DNA of 64,000 nt from a virus (lineage: Duplodnaviria; Heunggongvirae; Uroviricota; Caudoviricetes): IMG/VR virus record IMGVR_UViG_3300014886_000120. One strand, 5' to 3'. A program made the translations under genes and the position numbers. The notes under the pieces were generated by a model. It was given only the letters and a program-made list of their open reading frames with translations. It did not search any database and was not told where the DNA came from. Positions 19,804 through 29,034 of the stretch are shown piece by piece; position 1 is the first letter of the stretch, and every line of letters begins with the position of its first letter.

Positions 19804-20146
19804 TTCTTATCGTCTCATCCAGGTAAGGGTTCTCCCTCAGTATAGATTCAGCTAGTCTATCTAGCTCACTAGCATAATCTCCCCAATCCTGCTCATCCAA
19901 GTAAGCTCTAAGAATTGGAATCAACAAGCTTGTTCTAATTTTACAATATTCAGGATATTCATTTTTTGACATCTCTTTTAGTCCTCCATTGGTAACTGTC
20001 TCCTTTACGGTAAAGTAGAGTATGGAGAAATACCATAAGCACAAGTTTCTTGTACCAAGCCTTAAGGCTTTCTTTATAGACACACTTGGTGGCAGTACAG
20101 TAGCTTCACCCTCATGATCACTGTACCACAGTATCTTTGTTTCCAT
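19781..20146 (-). CDS. hypothetical protein
   Basis: 121 aa. Confidence 0.3.
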   Translation of the reverse strand: METKILWYSDHEGEATVLPPSVSIKKALRLGTRNLCLWYFSILYFTVKETVTNGGLKEMSKNEYPEYCKIRTSLLIPILRAYLDEQDWGDYASELDRLAESILRENPYLDETIRSEKQDME

Positions 20147-20148
20147 TA

Positions 20149-20430
20149 CTATAGCTTCACCCTTTCTCTTAGCTTCTTCAAGAGCTTAACCTGATAGCTG
20201 TCAGGATGTTCCAGGGACTCTTCTGTTATGAAGTAAGGACACTCTGCACAGTATATCCCATCGTATATGCCCCATGTTCTACCTCTACGGATTAAGCCTA
20301 CTGGACACATTTCGTCTCCAGCCCTAACCTTGACTATCCTCTTTCTAGCCATAGACTCATTCCAGCATATCCCAGTCTTGTTCCCATCCATCTCTATTGT
20401 CTGTTCCACAAAACGCTTGATCTTTATCAT
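20149..20430 (-). CDS. hypothetical protein
   Basis: 93 aa with Cys pairs. Confidence 0.3.
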   Translation of the reverse strand: MIKIKRFVEQTIEMDGNKTGICWNESMARKRIVKVRAGDEMCPVGLIRRGRTWGIYDGIYCAECPYFITEESLEHPDSYQVKLLKKLRERVKL

Positions 20431-20441
20431 TTCTATCCTCT

Positions 20442-21257
20442 CTAGTAGTAGTCATTCTCATGTAGGCCCTCATAAAACTGGTGTTTCACTATAACTATAG
20501 AAGCTAAATCGAAGTCTCTGTCTCTTCCAGATAAGCAAATCCCACTGTCCCTTACAAATAACGAGCTGTCGATGAGTACATTGTCAAGCCTGTCTTTGTA
20601 TCTATATTCTACCTTGTATAAGTCTTTACCCCAGTCCTTCAACGATACAAGCTCAGCTCCTACCAGCCTAAGTGAATATCTAACAAGCTTTTCTAAAGGT
20701 GGAACCATAGAGTCAGCTATAAGCTTCAGGGCCTTCTTGAGCTCTCTTGGTACAGACAATTTGTCCAGAACTGAACTAGTGTCCCTGATGTTCTTACTCT
20801 TAATCTCTTCAAGGACACTCCTAGCTTCCTCCACTATACCATAGTCATACTTACGATGATAGTTCTCAAAGAACAGGTAAGTCCGTTTGCCTCTGTATAC
20901 TCTTGCTACCACTGGTTCCAAGACAGACAGAGATGGACTGAACAGTAATGGTAGGGGAGCTGAGTATGGCACATGCCTCCTGTAATGATGCTCTATAGAA
21001 GGGATACACATCCAGTATCTCGTCCTAAGAACTGGAAACACATACACTCTCGGGAGCTCAAGCTTGTCATAGTACTCATTTCTTTCATGTATCTCTGCTT
21101 CTCTCTCTGGTACAGCATATATACCGTTCTCTCTAAACCATAAGACTCCACAATTTTCTGGTGTACATCCCTTTAGGATGAACTCTCTGGCTCCAGACCT
21201 GTCAAGCTTAACTACCTTCCTGCTTCCAGGAAGCACATGACTGATAAACAATTTCAT
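20442..21257 (-). CDS. hypothetical protein (271 aa)
   Basis: Long ORF; ATGA overlap with the upstream zinc-finger gene. Confidence 0.4.
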   Translation of the reverse strand: MKLFISHVLPGSRKVVKLDRSGAREFILKGCTPENCGVLWFRENGIYAVPEREAEIHERNEYYDKLELPRVYVFPVLRTRYWMCIPSIEHHYRRHVPYSAPLPLLFSPSLSVLEPVVARVYRGKRTYLFFENYHRKYDYGIVEEARSVLEEIKSKNIRDTSSVLDKLSVPRELKKALKLIADSMVPPLEKLVRYSLRLVGAELVSLKDWGKDLYKVEYRYKDRLDNVLIDSSLFVRDSGICLSGRDRDFDLASIVIVKHQFYEGLHENDYY

Positions 21258-21436
21258 AGCTCACCAGCAACCATACATTCATAGCTGCAATAAGTCACTA
21301 TCACATACCCTATAAGCTGTCCATGATGATCCAGGATAGGCTCAGAATTTACATTTATACCCTTAAGACGTTCAACCCTCTTGCCACAATAATGGCATAG
21401 GAAAATAGACTTGCTTTCTTCAGGCATAAACCTCAC
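21254..21436 (-). CDS. small zinc-finger protein
   Basis: CHYCGK...CSYEC; terminal GGT GAG CTA TGA embeds the SD and start of the next gene. Confidence 0.4.
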   Translation of the reverse strand: MRFMPEESKSIFLCHYCGKRVERLKGINVNSEPILDHHGQLIGYVIVTYCSYECMVAGEL

Positions 21437-21448
21437 TTTGGTAAATGT

Positions 21449-21733
21449 TCAGGCATCCCTAAATTTCCTAGCTAGACTCTGTCCAGAAGAAAAGCTAGGC
21501 CAGAACAATATCCCTCCAATATAGCTACCGATGTACTTAAGAGGGTTATACTCCAATGGAACACCTTTAAGCAAACCTATGAATGATGCAGATACCATAA
21601 GCACTAGAAGGGTCAGCCCAAGGATAATAGCCAGTCTCCTTTTCAGCTCGTATATGAATCCCCCAATTACACCTATGCACATCCATTCCATTGTCTGGAC
21701 AAGATTATAAAAAAACAGAGTCCATAGCTCCAC
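21449..21733 (-). CDS. small membrane protein
   Basis: Multiple hydrophobic helices. Confidence 0.35.
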   Translation of the reverse strand: MELWTLFFYNLVQTMEWMCIGVIGGFIYELKRRLAIILGLTLLVLMVSASFIGLLKGVPLEYNPLKYIGSYIGGILFWPSFSSGQSLARKFRDA

Positions 21734-21736
21734 TGT

Positions 21737-22174
21737 TTACCCCTCATTTAAACGTACTTTCATTGCACCCAGATCTTTAAGGGATATGGCAAACACCAGG
21801 TATTCACCTTTCCTCCTAAGGTAGACATGTTCTAAGCCACACTTCAGACACTTACCAGTGTCTCCTTTAGTTAGATGTGAGTACGAAGAATGAAACAAGA
21901 CGTTAGAACTGCACCTGTAGCATTCTATTGTGTAGTAATAGTCATCAGGAGTGAGAGCTCCAAATGGATCATCGTCTATCTCCACACGTTTGGACTTGAG
22001 CTTAGTGTGATACTCCATCATTGAACAAAAGTTGTCATCAAAGAACTTACATCTCTTACATACGTCATGTGGGAATGAACCGAACAATCCTCTCCTGGAG
22101 CTAATGGGACATTTACCAACCACCATAGTCACTGTTTTCAGCTTAAGGGGTCTAGAAACTAGGCGTGTCTTCAT
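21737..22174 (-). CDS. zinc-finger protein
   Basis: CKRCKF...CYRC...CLKCG. Confidence 0.35.
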   Translation of the reverse strand: MKTRLVSRPLKLKTVTMVVGKCPISSRRGLFGSFPHDVCKRCKFFDDNFCSMMEYHTKLKSKRVEIDDDPFGALTPDDYYYTIECYRCSSNVLFHSSYSHLTKGDTGKCLKCGLEHVYLRRKGEYLVFAISLKDLGAMKVRLNEG

Positions 22175-22213
22175 GTTTACACCTGCTTATACGTAATTAA
22201 ACACTGCCCATGT

Positions 22214-22471
22214 CTACTTGGGCTTACTACATAGCTTGCTATTGGGGAATTTACCCTTGTCGTACACACCTAAGCTTGGTATCCATCCACAATTGATACA
22301 CCTAGGTCTTCCTGGACATCCCAGCAAAGACGCACTAATCAAATCCACAGGTATGGATACCAAGTACCCTCCACATTTTGGACATGTCCCTAGAATGGCA
22401 GCTTGGGTAACATAGCCTCTTCCGTCAATAAATACAGGGCCAATACCAGGTATGAAAGACATTTGTACCAA
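22214..22471 (-). CDS. small zinc-finger protein
   Basis: CPKCGG...CINCG. Confidence 0.3.
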   Translation of the reverse strand: MVQMSFIPGIGPVFIDGRGYVTQAAILGTCPKCGGYLVSIPVDLISASLLGCPGRPRCINCGWIPSLGVYDKGKFPNSKLCSKPK

Positions 22472-22615
22472 GACAGATATACACCTCCTATGACAGGAAT
22501 TTTACTCCCCTCTTACATTTTGGACAGTACCAGCCTCTAAGTGCATCCTTATGGAACAAAGGCTTAAGGCTTGTTTTGCACCTTGGACATTTCCTTGACA
22601 TATGCTCCTCAGTCC

Positions 22616-22837
22616 TCACTGAGAGTTCATAAGTGCCCCTAGCCTGCTTCTGATGCTGTTCATCTTAGCAATGTGTGTCATGGTTCTTCTCTTGAAGAAT
22701 GAGCTGACACCTTTTAATGGTTCATGCTTCATAGACACCAAGTTTAGTAGAGTAGCTACTTCATGATCAAACCTTAGCTCTTCAATTATTGAATCGATTT
22801 CACAGAGTACATTCACTTCTCCAGTCTTATCCTCCAT
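22616..22837 (-). CDS. hypothetical protein
   Basis: 73 aa. Confidence 0.3.
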   Translation of the reverse strand: MEDKTGEVNVLCEIDSIIEELRFDHEVATLLNLVSMKHEPLKGVSSFFKRRTMTHIAKMNSIRSRLGALMNSQ

Positions 22838-22878
22838 GTGTGTTTACACCTCCATCTTATCTTAAAATAGTAGAGAGG

Positions 22879-24333
22879 TTATTTTGAAGATATCCAGTAC
22901 ATAGGTTTCTTAGTATACTCTGGCCTGGTAGGTGGGACAGTACTCATTATCTCAGCTACAACCCTGGATGGAGAGCTCTCCCCTATCAATGCAACTATCT
23001 GGTCTACAGAATACTGGTCTACCTTCTCTATTGTCACTCTCTCATAGTTTATACCAGCTCTCTCCAGTCCTCTCCTGAAGTACGAATCTCTGCCAGTATT
23101 GATTCCCAGAATTATAACCTTTGGCTTGAAGGTAAGTTTGGAGTATTCATCAACAAACCTTGGAGGATGGTTCTCAGCTTCGTCGGTTATGAGAACCAGA
23201 GTGTCACATGTATCATTGAGCATCCTCATGAGCTGCAGTCCAGCTCCCAGTGGTGTCCATCCTCCAGTCCTTAGCAGAGAGAATGCTTCCCTCCACCCGG
23301 TAGGTGAATAGTCTACTGGAACTACCTTGACTGGACTCTCTCCAACTGCATATACTGAGGGAGGCTCCTTACATGCCAGAGTCAATGCAGTAGCTAGCAT
23401 TCTTCCAGCTTCGATGGCTGGTTGCATAGAGCCAGAGACATCAATGTGTATGGACACTCTAACGTCTAGCTTGCTGGTGTTCCTGGACTTTAGTACTATG
23501 GTGTTCTCAAGAAGCTTAAACAGCTCGTATGGCACCTTAGCTGGATCAAGATAGGATAGAATGTTGAGTATCCTTGATGCACTTACCCGTTTATCACTAA
23601 GAGCAGCTTCTATCTTACCCTTTATGATGTCCATGTTAGGCTTAATAGCTCTGAACCTACCAAGCATGTTTAAGGACTGTAAAAGCTCATTTGGAGTCAT
23701 TCCCTTTATTAGAGCTCTCAGTATCTCTGGAGTCCTTACCTTGATAGTTGTCAGAGCTATGTAGGATGGAACCGGAAGCTTACTGAGTATCTCAGCTACC
23801 CTATTGGGGTCTTCCTCCTCTCTAAGCTCTCTGAAAGCTTTCCTAACGGTTCCAGTCCTCTTGAACAGCTCTTCACCTATAAGCTTGAAGTTAGGATTAG
23901 ATGATCTGTCTGTAGGAATGTGTAGGGCTCTCACAATATATAGGAGTTCCTTCTTAGAACGTAGAATGTAGCTAACAAGCCTCCTATAGCTAAGTTCAGC
24001 TAAGTAATGTTTCACAGCTGATCTAAGACTTCTGGTCTTCCTTGCATGATAGACAACTTGATAGACTAGCCTAAGTGGTAGCTTCTGGAGTAGAGCCCAT
24101 CCAATATCTCTCAGCTGGCTCTCATCAGCTTCCATGAGTGTCTTTACGAAAGCTACCTTGTGATCTCTGACAGTTCCATTCTCTATGTACCAGCTGGCAA
24201 ATCTGGAATAGAATAGAGGATTAACATCCTTGACCTGTCTATGAACCCCAAATATCTCATCCAGATTGCCATGTGGACAGTTCATGATAGCAGAGAACAT
24301 CTGGAGGTTAGCTGATGCTTGTTCGTTACTCAT
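22879..24333 (-). CDS. vWA-domain protein with helical N-terminal region, possibly Ro60/TROVE-like
   Basis: C-terminal MIDAS motif HIDVSGSM...GGWTPLGAG...LITDEAEN. About 290-aa alpha-helical N-terminal region, 484 aa total. This matches the TROVE+vWA layout. The TROVE call is an inference. Confidence 0.55.
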   Translation of the reverse strand: MSNEQASANLQMFSAIMNCPHGNLDEIFGVHRQVKDVNPLFYSRFASWYIENGTVRDHKVAFVKTLMEADESQLRDIGWALLQKLPLRLVYQVVYHARKTRSLRSAVKHYLAELSYRRLVSYILRSKKELLYIVRALHIPTDRSSNPNFKLIGEELFKRTGTVRKAFRELREEEDPNRVAEILSKLPVPSYIALTTIKVRTPEILRALIKGMTPNELLQSLNMLGRFRAIKPNMDIIKGKIEAALSDKRVSASRILNILSYLDPAKVPYELFKLLENTIVLKSRNTSKLDVRVSIHIDVSGSMQPAIEAGRMLATALTLACKEPPSVYAVGESPVKVVPVDYSPTGWREAFSLLRTGGWTPLGAGLQLMRMLNDTCDTLVLITDEAENHPPRFVDEYSKLTFKPKVIILGINTGRDSYFRRGLERAGINYERVTIEKVDQYSVDQIVALIGESSPSRVVAEIMSTVPPTRPEYTKKPMYWISSK

Positions 24334-24346
24334 AGCTAATCCCCTC

Positions 24347-24363
24347 TATATCTCTCAGATATA
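24347..24363. promoter_or_regulatory. motif 1 copy (inverted spacer)
   Basis: TATATCTCTCAGATATA, 14 nt upstream of the vWA/TROVE-like gene start. Confidence 0.45.
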
Positions 24364-24599
24364 GTCTATCCATAAACAGCTCTTGGCCTAACAAGGATAG
24401 CCTCTTCTGTCTTGTCTATACAGTACTCATTGCTGTCAAGCTCTATGTTGGCTACTTCACTAACGTAGCTAAAAATCTCCTCGTCACTAGCTTCCTTAAG
24501 GGAGCTATCCACTTTAAGAGAGGTACTCTCTCCTCTACTAACTATCCTAAGCTCTACTTCCGGCAACTTATCACTCTCCTTACATTTTATATTTTGTCT

Positions 24600-24940
24600 A
24601 TCCTTTCCATGGACAGTCTATAAAACATGGGGGATGACCAGAATGGAATTGGGCCCGCCTTGACTTGTGTGGAAGTGCCAGGAGCTATCCCTGCACCCGA
24701 ACTGCACAGTTTGTAAGCTCCTAGCTTGCCCACACCTTTAGTCTAAGCCGGGTAGTCAAGTCAGGTAAGATGCGGGACTTACGACCTGGAACGTAGACTA
24801 AGACAGGCGGGATTTAAAGTGTGAAAGTGGTGGGAGCTAATTTTGGAACCCTGATAATTGTTCAGGTTTGTAAGCTCCCACCAAGTCACACCTTGGTTTC
24901 TGACCTTTTGGGTAAGGATGGGATATTTAAGCATTTCGGA
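24600..24940. ncRNA. candidate structured ncRNA(s), strand undetermined
   Basis: ORF-free and clearly GC-richer than its surroundings. Tandem hairpins at 24680-24722 and 24831-24880 have 7-8 bp stems (AGGAGCT/AGCTCCT versus GGGAGCT/AGCTCCC) with compensatory base changes. A further 9-bp stem pairs 24737-24745 with 24794-24802. No canonical tRNA T-loop. Confidence 0.35.
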
Positions 24941-24943
24941 GCT

Positions 24944-25273
24944 CTATACACTAGCAAGACTCTCTAGGACATCTATCAACCCTGGATATCTGGCTTTTGG
25001 AGGGTTCTTTAAATATTTCCTAATTGCCTCGGTACGGGTGTCAGCCACAATCAGGGGTACACACCAGCCGTTCCCTTCATCCCCAGTTATGACAGTCTTA
25101 CCAGTCCGGATGTTTGTCCATATCCATAGACGTTCAGAAGGCTCTAATAGCTCGACAGTGAAGGTTCCATTAGGTGACTTCCATGCTGGAACCTGTTCCT
25201 CCCTAGGTATGCCAAGGTAATGCTCTAGCATTTCTTCCTCAAGTATAGGAGTACCATCAAAATATAGTCCCAT
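24944..25273 (-). CDS. hypothetical protein
   Basis: 109 aa. The palindromic motif abuts the annotated start, so the true start may be the internal Met. Confidence 0.35.
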   Translation of the reverse strand: MGLYFDGTPILEEEMLEHYLGIPREEQVPAWKSPNGTFTVELLEPSERLWIWTNIRTGKTVITGDEGNGWCVPLIVADTRTEAIRKYLKNPPKARYPGLIDVLESLASV

Positions 25274-25274
25274 C

Positions 25275-25291
25275 TATATCCCTCAGATATA
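25275..25291. promoter_or_regulatory. motif 1 variant
   Basis: TATATCCCTCAGATATA. Confidence 0.4.
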
Positions 25292-25297
25292 GTTGAG

Positions 25298-25567
25298 CTA
25301 GGCTTCAAGTATTTCTTTGAGGATAATGATCATACCTTCCTCTTGCTCCTCAGTATAGATACTTCCAGCTCTGAGAGATTGTAGTCTTTTCAGCTTTTCT
25401 ACCAGCTTCCTCTTATCCAGCATCAAGATATCCTTGTCTAAGATGTCCATGTATATCCTTTCTATCTCCTTCCTTGTATATTCCATGCCTAGTCGTTTAA
25501 TGAACTCTTCCAGAGTTATTCTAGCTACCAGAGAACCTCCATTCCTCTTTCTCCATCCATTACACAT
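25298..25567 (-). CDS. hypothetical protein
   Basis: 89 aa. Confidence 0.3.
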   Translation of the reverse strand: MCNGWRKRNGGSLVARITLEEFIKRLGMEYTRKEIERIYMDILDKDILMLDKRKLVEKLKRLQSLRAGSIYTEEQEEGMIIILKEILEA

Positions 25568-26136
25568 TCTCTAATCACCTAAGTAAGGTATCATCCCATT
25601 AAGAGGAACATGCCATGTTATAAGTTCTACATATATTCATTGTTTATCCCTACCTTTTTCATTTATCACAACAAGAGAGTTAAACTATGTCTTTCATTCT
25701 ATCTCTGTACTTCAGATAACAACCAGAGCATAGCCGGATATAATGTCTATCAAGCTTTGAATCTACCACTATATAGTTTTCAGTTAACATATCACAAAGA
25801 CTACACGGTCTAAAGCTAAGCATGTCATAGTAGAGTTCAGACTTCATAAGCTCACCGTATCATTAACATCATTCCAGGTTAATAATATATAAAGAGAGAG
25901 AAGCAATTAACACTAAGGCATAGACCTTCATAATGAAAGCACCATTAGAAGCTCGGGTATAAGGTCTTTGTATTTCATGTAACAATAATAACACAAATAA
26001 TATGACTTGAACTTCTTATAATGGTATAAAGGGCCATTACAAAAGGCACATCTATGGAGCAAGAAGACCAGTGATAATTTAGCTTTAGACAAATTATTAA
26101 GGGCCATATAATACCTACTAGAGCTCATAAAGTCCA

Positions 26137-26547
26137 TCAATCCTCATTGGTAGATGGAACTACGACAATATCAGGAGCTTGCAACGTTTCAAAGTAGGCC
26201 TTGTACCTTTCATACTTCTTGGGTATAACCTTGCATGTAGCCACTATAAGATGGTATGGTCCAATATGCTTAACCATTTCAGGATGATCCCTTAGACAAT
26301 CATCTATGTCATATGTATCTCTAGCTTTATACTCACAGTCTTCTTTCTCACATACATATGAGAAATGATATTGATCATCCACTATCCTGACATCACCTAT
26401 AATAGCTAGATTGTTTTCTTCACATTGTTTAATTAGCTTGTCCTTTAGAGACTGTGTGTGATATGCTATAAGCTCTGGACTGGCATCGACAAACAGCTTA
26501 CATACTAAGGATACCTTCTTAGGCTTGATCTCTATTACCTTATCCAT
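26137..26547 (-). CDS. hypothetical protein
   Basis: 136 aa. Confidence 0.35.
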   Translation of the reverse strand: MDKVIEIKPKKVSLVCKLFVDASPELIAYHTQSLKDKLIKQCEENNLAIIGDVRIVDDQYHFSYVCEKEDCEYKARDTYDIDDCLRDHPEMVKHIGPYHLIVATCKVIPKKYERYKAYFETLQAPDIVVVPSTNED

Positions 26548-26733
26548 TTCAACACTCTTCCTTCTCTTTCATGTATTGATAATAGCCAAAGTATCTACCA
26601 CAATTTTTACAATAGCAGTCCCATAACCAGGGACTAGCTGGTTCAAACATGATAGTGTTCTTACTTCCACATCTAGGACATGAAGGGCCTCTAGGCTTAG
26701 TACACATCACCTATCCCTCAACTTAACATTGAC

Positions 26734-26922
26734 CTAAAGCTCTTTTGCCACTCTCATCTGTTTGACCATCTTAGTATTTGCTTCGATATCTCCAGACTTA
26801 TCTTTAACCAGATTATAACAGTCCTTACATAATAAGATATAGTCCACATAGTCATCATAATACATCAGAATATACTCTTTTTCATATCTTAGGGGTCTCT
26901 TACAATAATAGCAGAAATTCAC
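26734..26922 (-). CDS. small zinc-finger protein
   Basis: CYYCKR...CKDCY. Confidence 0.35.
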   Translation of the reverse strand: MNFCYYCKRPLRYEKEYILMYYDDYVDYILLCKDCYNLVKDKSGDIEANTKMVKQMRVAKEL

Positions 26923-26934
26923 TCCTTTATCTCC

Positions 26935-27750
26935 TTATATTAAAATCCTGACATAATGAGCCTTATCACCATGCCTATGATAATATGTTCCAGGGATAGG
27001 TTCTTGACTGTCCTTCTGTATTTCCAGTCCTTCTTTTGCATATTGTAATCTTAGCTTATGTAACAGAGATTCCTGTCCATAGAATATTCTAGCATGTTCA
27101 GGGTTAGACAGGTTTAGAACTATATGGTATCCTCTAGAAGTCTCTGTGACCATGAAGATAGGAATACCAGCTGACTCTACTATTTCTAGGATTTCCTTGC
27201 ATAGAACCCAGTCTGGCTTGTCCAAATCCAATGTAGCAAATGCAGTTCCTTGAGCTTTGTATTTATGTAGCATACCAAAGTAAAGAACTTCTTGTCTGGA
27301 GAGAACAAGCTTGGAGGATTCATCTCCCTTGTACAGTTCATCAGCATTACGTTTCATCACTTCAGCTACTGCCCTACGAGTGTTCCTTGGACTCAACGTA
27401 CCAAAAACTGCCTTAGCCTCAAAGGGTATCAACACATACTTCACTTCTCTCGATGGAAGCATCTTCCTGTAACGGTGTCTACCATACTTCTGTAGGAGAG
27501 CCAGATTGTACACCACATCGAAGTATCTACCTCTCCAGTTCTCAATAGGTCTCACTATCTTTCTCTCAACCACCAAATCCCGTATCTTAAAGCCTAGCAT
27601 CTCTCTAGCCAATCTGCTTCTTACAGCTAGCATTACCAAATGAACTGTAGAAGAAGGAGATACAGACAGTTCCGGTAACCTAGATATGAACTCTTTAGTT
27701 TCCTCTTCAACTAGAATCTCCATGTTTAGACACCCCTCAATCTTCACCAT
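26935..27750 (-). CDS. archaeo-eukaryotic primase superfamily prim-pol candidate
   Basis: AEP motif I ATLDLD, motif II TSRGYHIVL (sGxGxH), motif III-like DSQEPIPGTYYH; 271 aa. Confidence 0.5.
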   Translation of the reverse strand: MVKIEGCLNMEILVEEETKEFISRLPELSVSPSSTVHLVMLAVRSRLAREMLGFKIRDLVVERKIVRPIENWRGRYFDVVYNLALLQKYGRHRYRKMLPSREVKYVLIPFEAKAVFGTLSPRNTRRAVAEVMKRNADELYKGDESSKLVLSRQEVLYFGMLHKYKAQGTAFATLDLDKPDWVLCKEILEIVESAGIPIFMVTETSRGYHIVLNLSNPEHARIFYGQESLLHKLRLQYAKEGLEIQKDSQEPIPGTYYHRHGDKAHYVRILI

Positions 27751-27961
27751 CCTTCAAGAAGCTTAAGATGTACCCAGCCAGCCATATGACGAAAGCTAGT
27801 GTCAAGAAGAACCCTTTACAGAATGGATGGATGCTGATGCCAGTTATATAGAATACAAAATCAGCTATGTATCCCCAGAAGAACACGTCAACTAAGCTCC
27901 CCACAAAATAGGCTATAATTAGGTAGATAATCAGCTCTACCATTACACTCCCTTCACACAT
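27737..27961 (-). CDS. small membrane protein
   Basis: Two or three TM helices. Confidence 0.35.
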   Translation of the reverse strand: MCEGSVMVELIIYLIIAYFVGSLVDVFFWGYIADFVFYITGISIHPFCKGFFLTLAFVIWLAGYILSFLKDGED

Positions 27962-28091
27962 ACAGTTCTAAAATCTACTCATCCTCCCTGTTCTTTCTCT
28001 TCCTGTCGATATACCATATCTCTAAAAATGCCGTTATTGCAACTGCCAGCAAAGACAGGATAGCAAATAAAGCTACACTCATCGGATACCC

Positions 28092-28811
28092 TCAAGTACG
28101 TCTTATCTCCAGCCAGGGGACAAGCCTTAGTACTTCATGTAGGGTATATTTAGGATGAAGCCAGTTACCGAGCTCACCTAAAAACTCACCATGATCAGCT
28201 GTAACTATAATCTTTCCAGAATAGTGCTCAACAAGCTTCTCAACATATTCTAGGACAAGCTTCAGGTTGCCCCGATGAGCTTTCCTTATGTCCTCAGGAG
28301 TAATAATTCCCTTCTTCATCAGCTCCGTTAATGCACTTGCATGAGAATATCTAGCTCGCTTCTCATCGATACCAAGCTCCTTGAACACTATCCTGTCCTC
28401 TCCGATCCATGGGGCATGAGGCTGGACAAACCATATTATGCTTCCAGGCTTAGCTTCCTTAGCATGCTTGACTACGTTCCATGGAGGTACGGTCAACAAG
28501 TCATTGTCCCACCCTATATCCCATATGTCAATTACTTTGAGAAAATGCTCTGGAGCATAATACCCTTCTACCTTACGTTTGGAGTTAATCATTGGAGTAG
28601 CTGAGTAAACAACAAAGGGATACTTGTCTGGGAATGTACGGAATCTCCATATGCTGGTGTGTGAGGCTGGGCTTATTACTGTCCTGTACTCCCCTTTAAT
28701 AAAGTTCTCTTGCTGGAATATGTCAGCTCTACAAGCATCCAGAATAATGAGATAGTCCCATTTGACTGAATGAATCAAATCGAGCTGATAAGCTAGATTC
28801 AAAATCTCCAA
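28092..28811 (-). CDS. alkaline-phosphatase-superfamily metalloenzyme candidate
   Basis: ILDACRAD near the N-terminus and TADHGEF near the C-terminus resemble the metal-binding Asp and DHG motifs of AlkP/PglZ/NPP-fold enzymes. Confidence 0.35.
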   Translation of the reverse strand: MEILNLAYQLDLIHSVKWDYLIILDACRADIFQQENFIKGEYRTVISPASHTSIWRFRTFPDKYPFVVYSATPMINSKRKVEGYYAPEHFLKVIDIWDIGWDNDLLTVPPWNVVKHAKEAKPGSIIWFVQPHAPWIGEDRIVFKELGIDEKRARYSHASALTELMKKGIITPEDIRKAHRGNLKLVLEYVEKLVEHYSGKIIVTADHGEFLGELGNWLHPKYTLHEVLRLVPWLEIRRT

Positions 28812-28824
28812 GGTAGGTTCTCCT

Positions 28825-29034
28825 TTAAAGATATTTAGCTAACCAGAACACTATGTTGATCAGTAACGAGATTATGATACCAGTGATAATGGCCCATAGC
28901 TTCCTATCAGCTGAGTTCATCTGGGCCTTAAGCCATTTAATGTCTGTCTTGACAGCTGCCATATCCTGACAGAGAGCTATGACTGTTTCTGTAATGGCAC
29001 TTCCAGGATTAGGATCATTTTCATCTTTACCCAT
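28825..29034 (-). CDS. small membrane protein
   Basis: C-terminal TM helix. Confidence 0.3.
   Translation of the reverse strand: MGKDENDPNPGSAITETVIALCQDMAAVKTDIKWLKAQMNSADRKLWAIITGIIISLLINIVFWLAKYL

Noticed and set aside
24600-24940. tRNA gene(s) in the GC-rich gap.
   Set aside because: No GTTCRANYC T-loop, no canonical D-arm, and no 7-bp acceptor stem with a discriminator on either strand. Retained only as a generic structured-ncRNA candidate.
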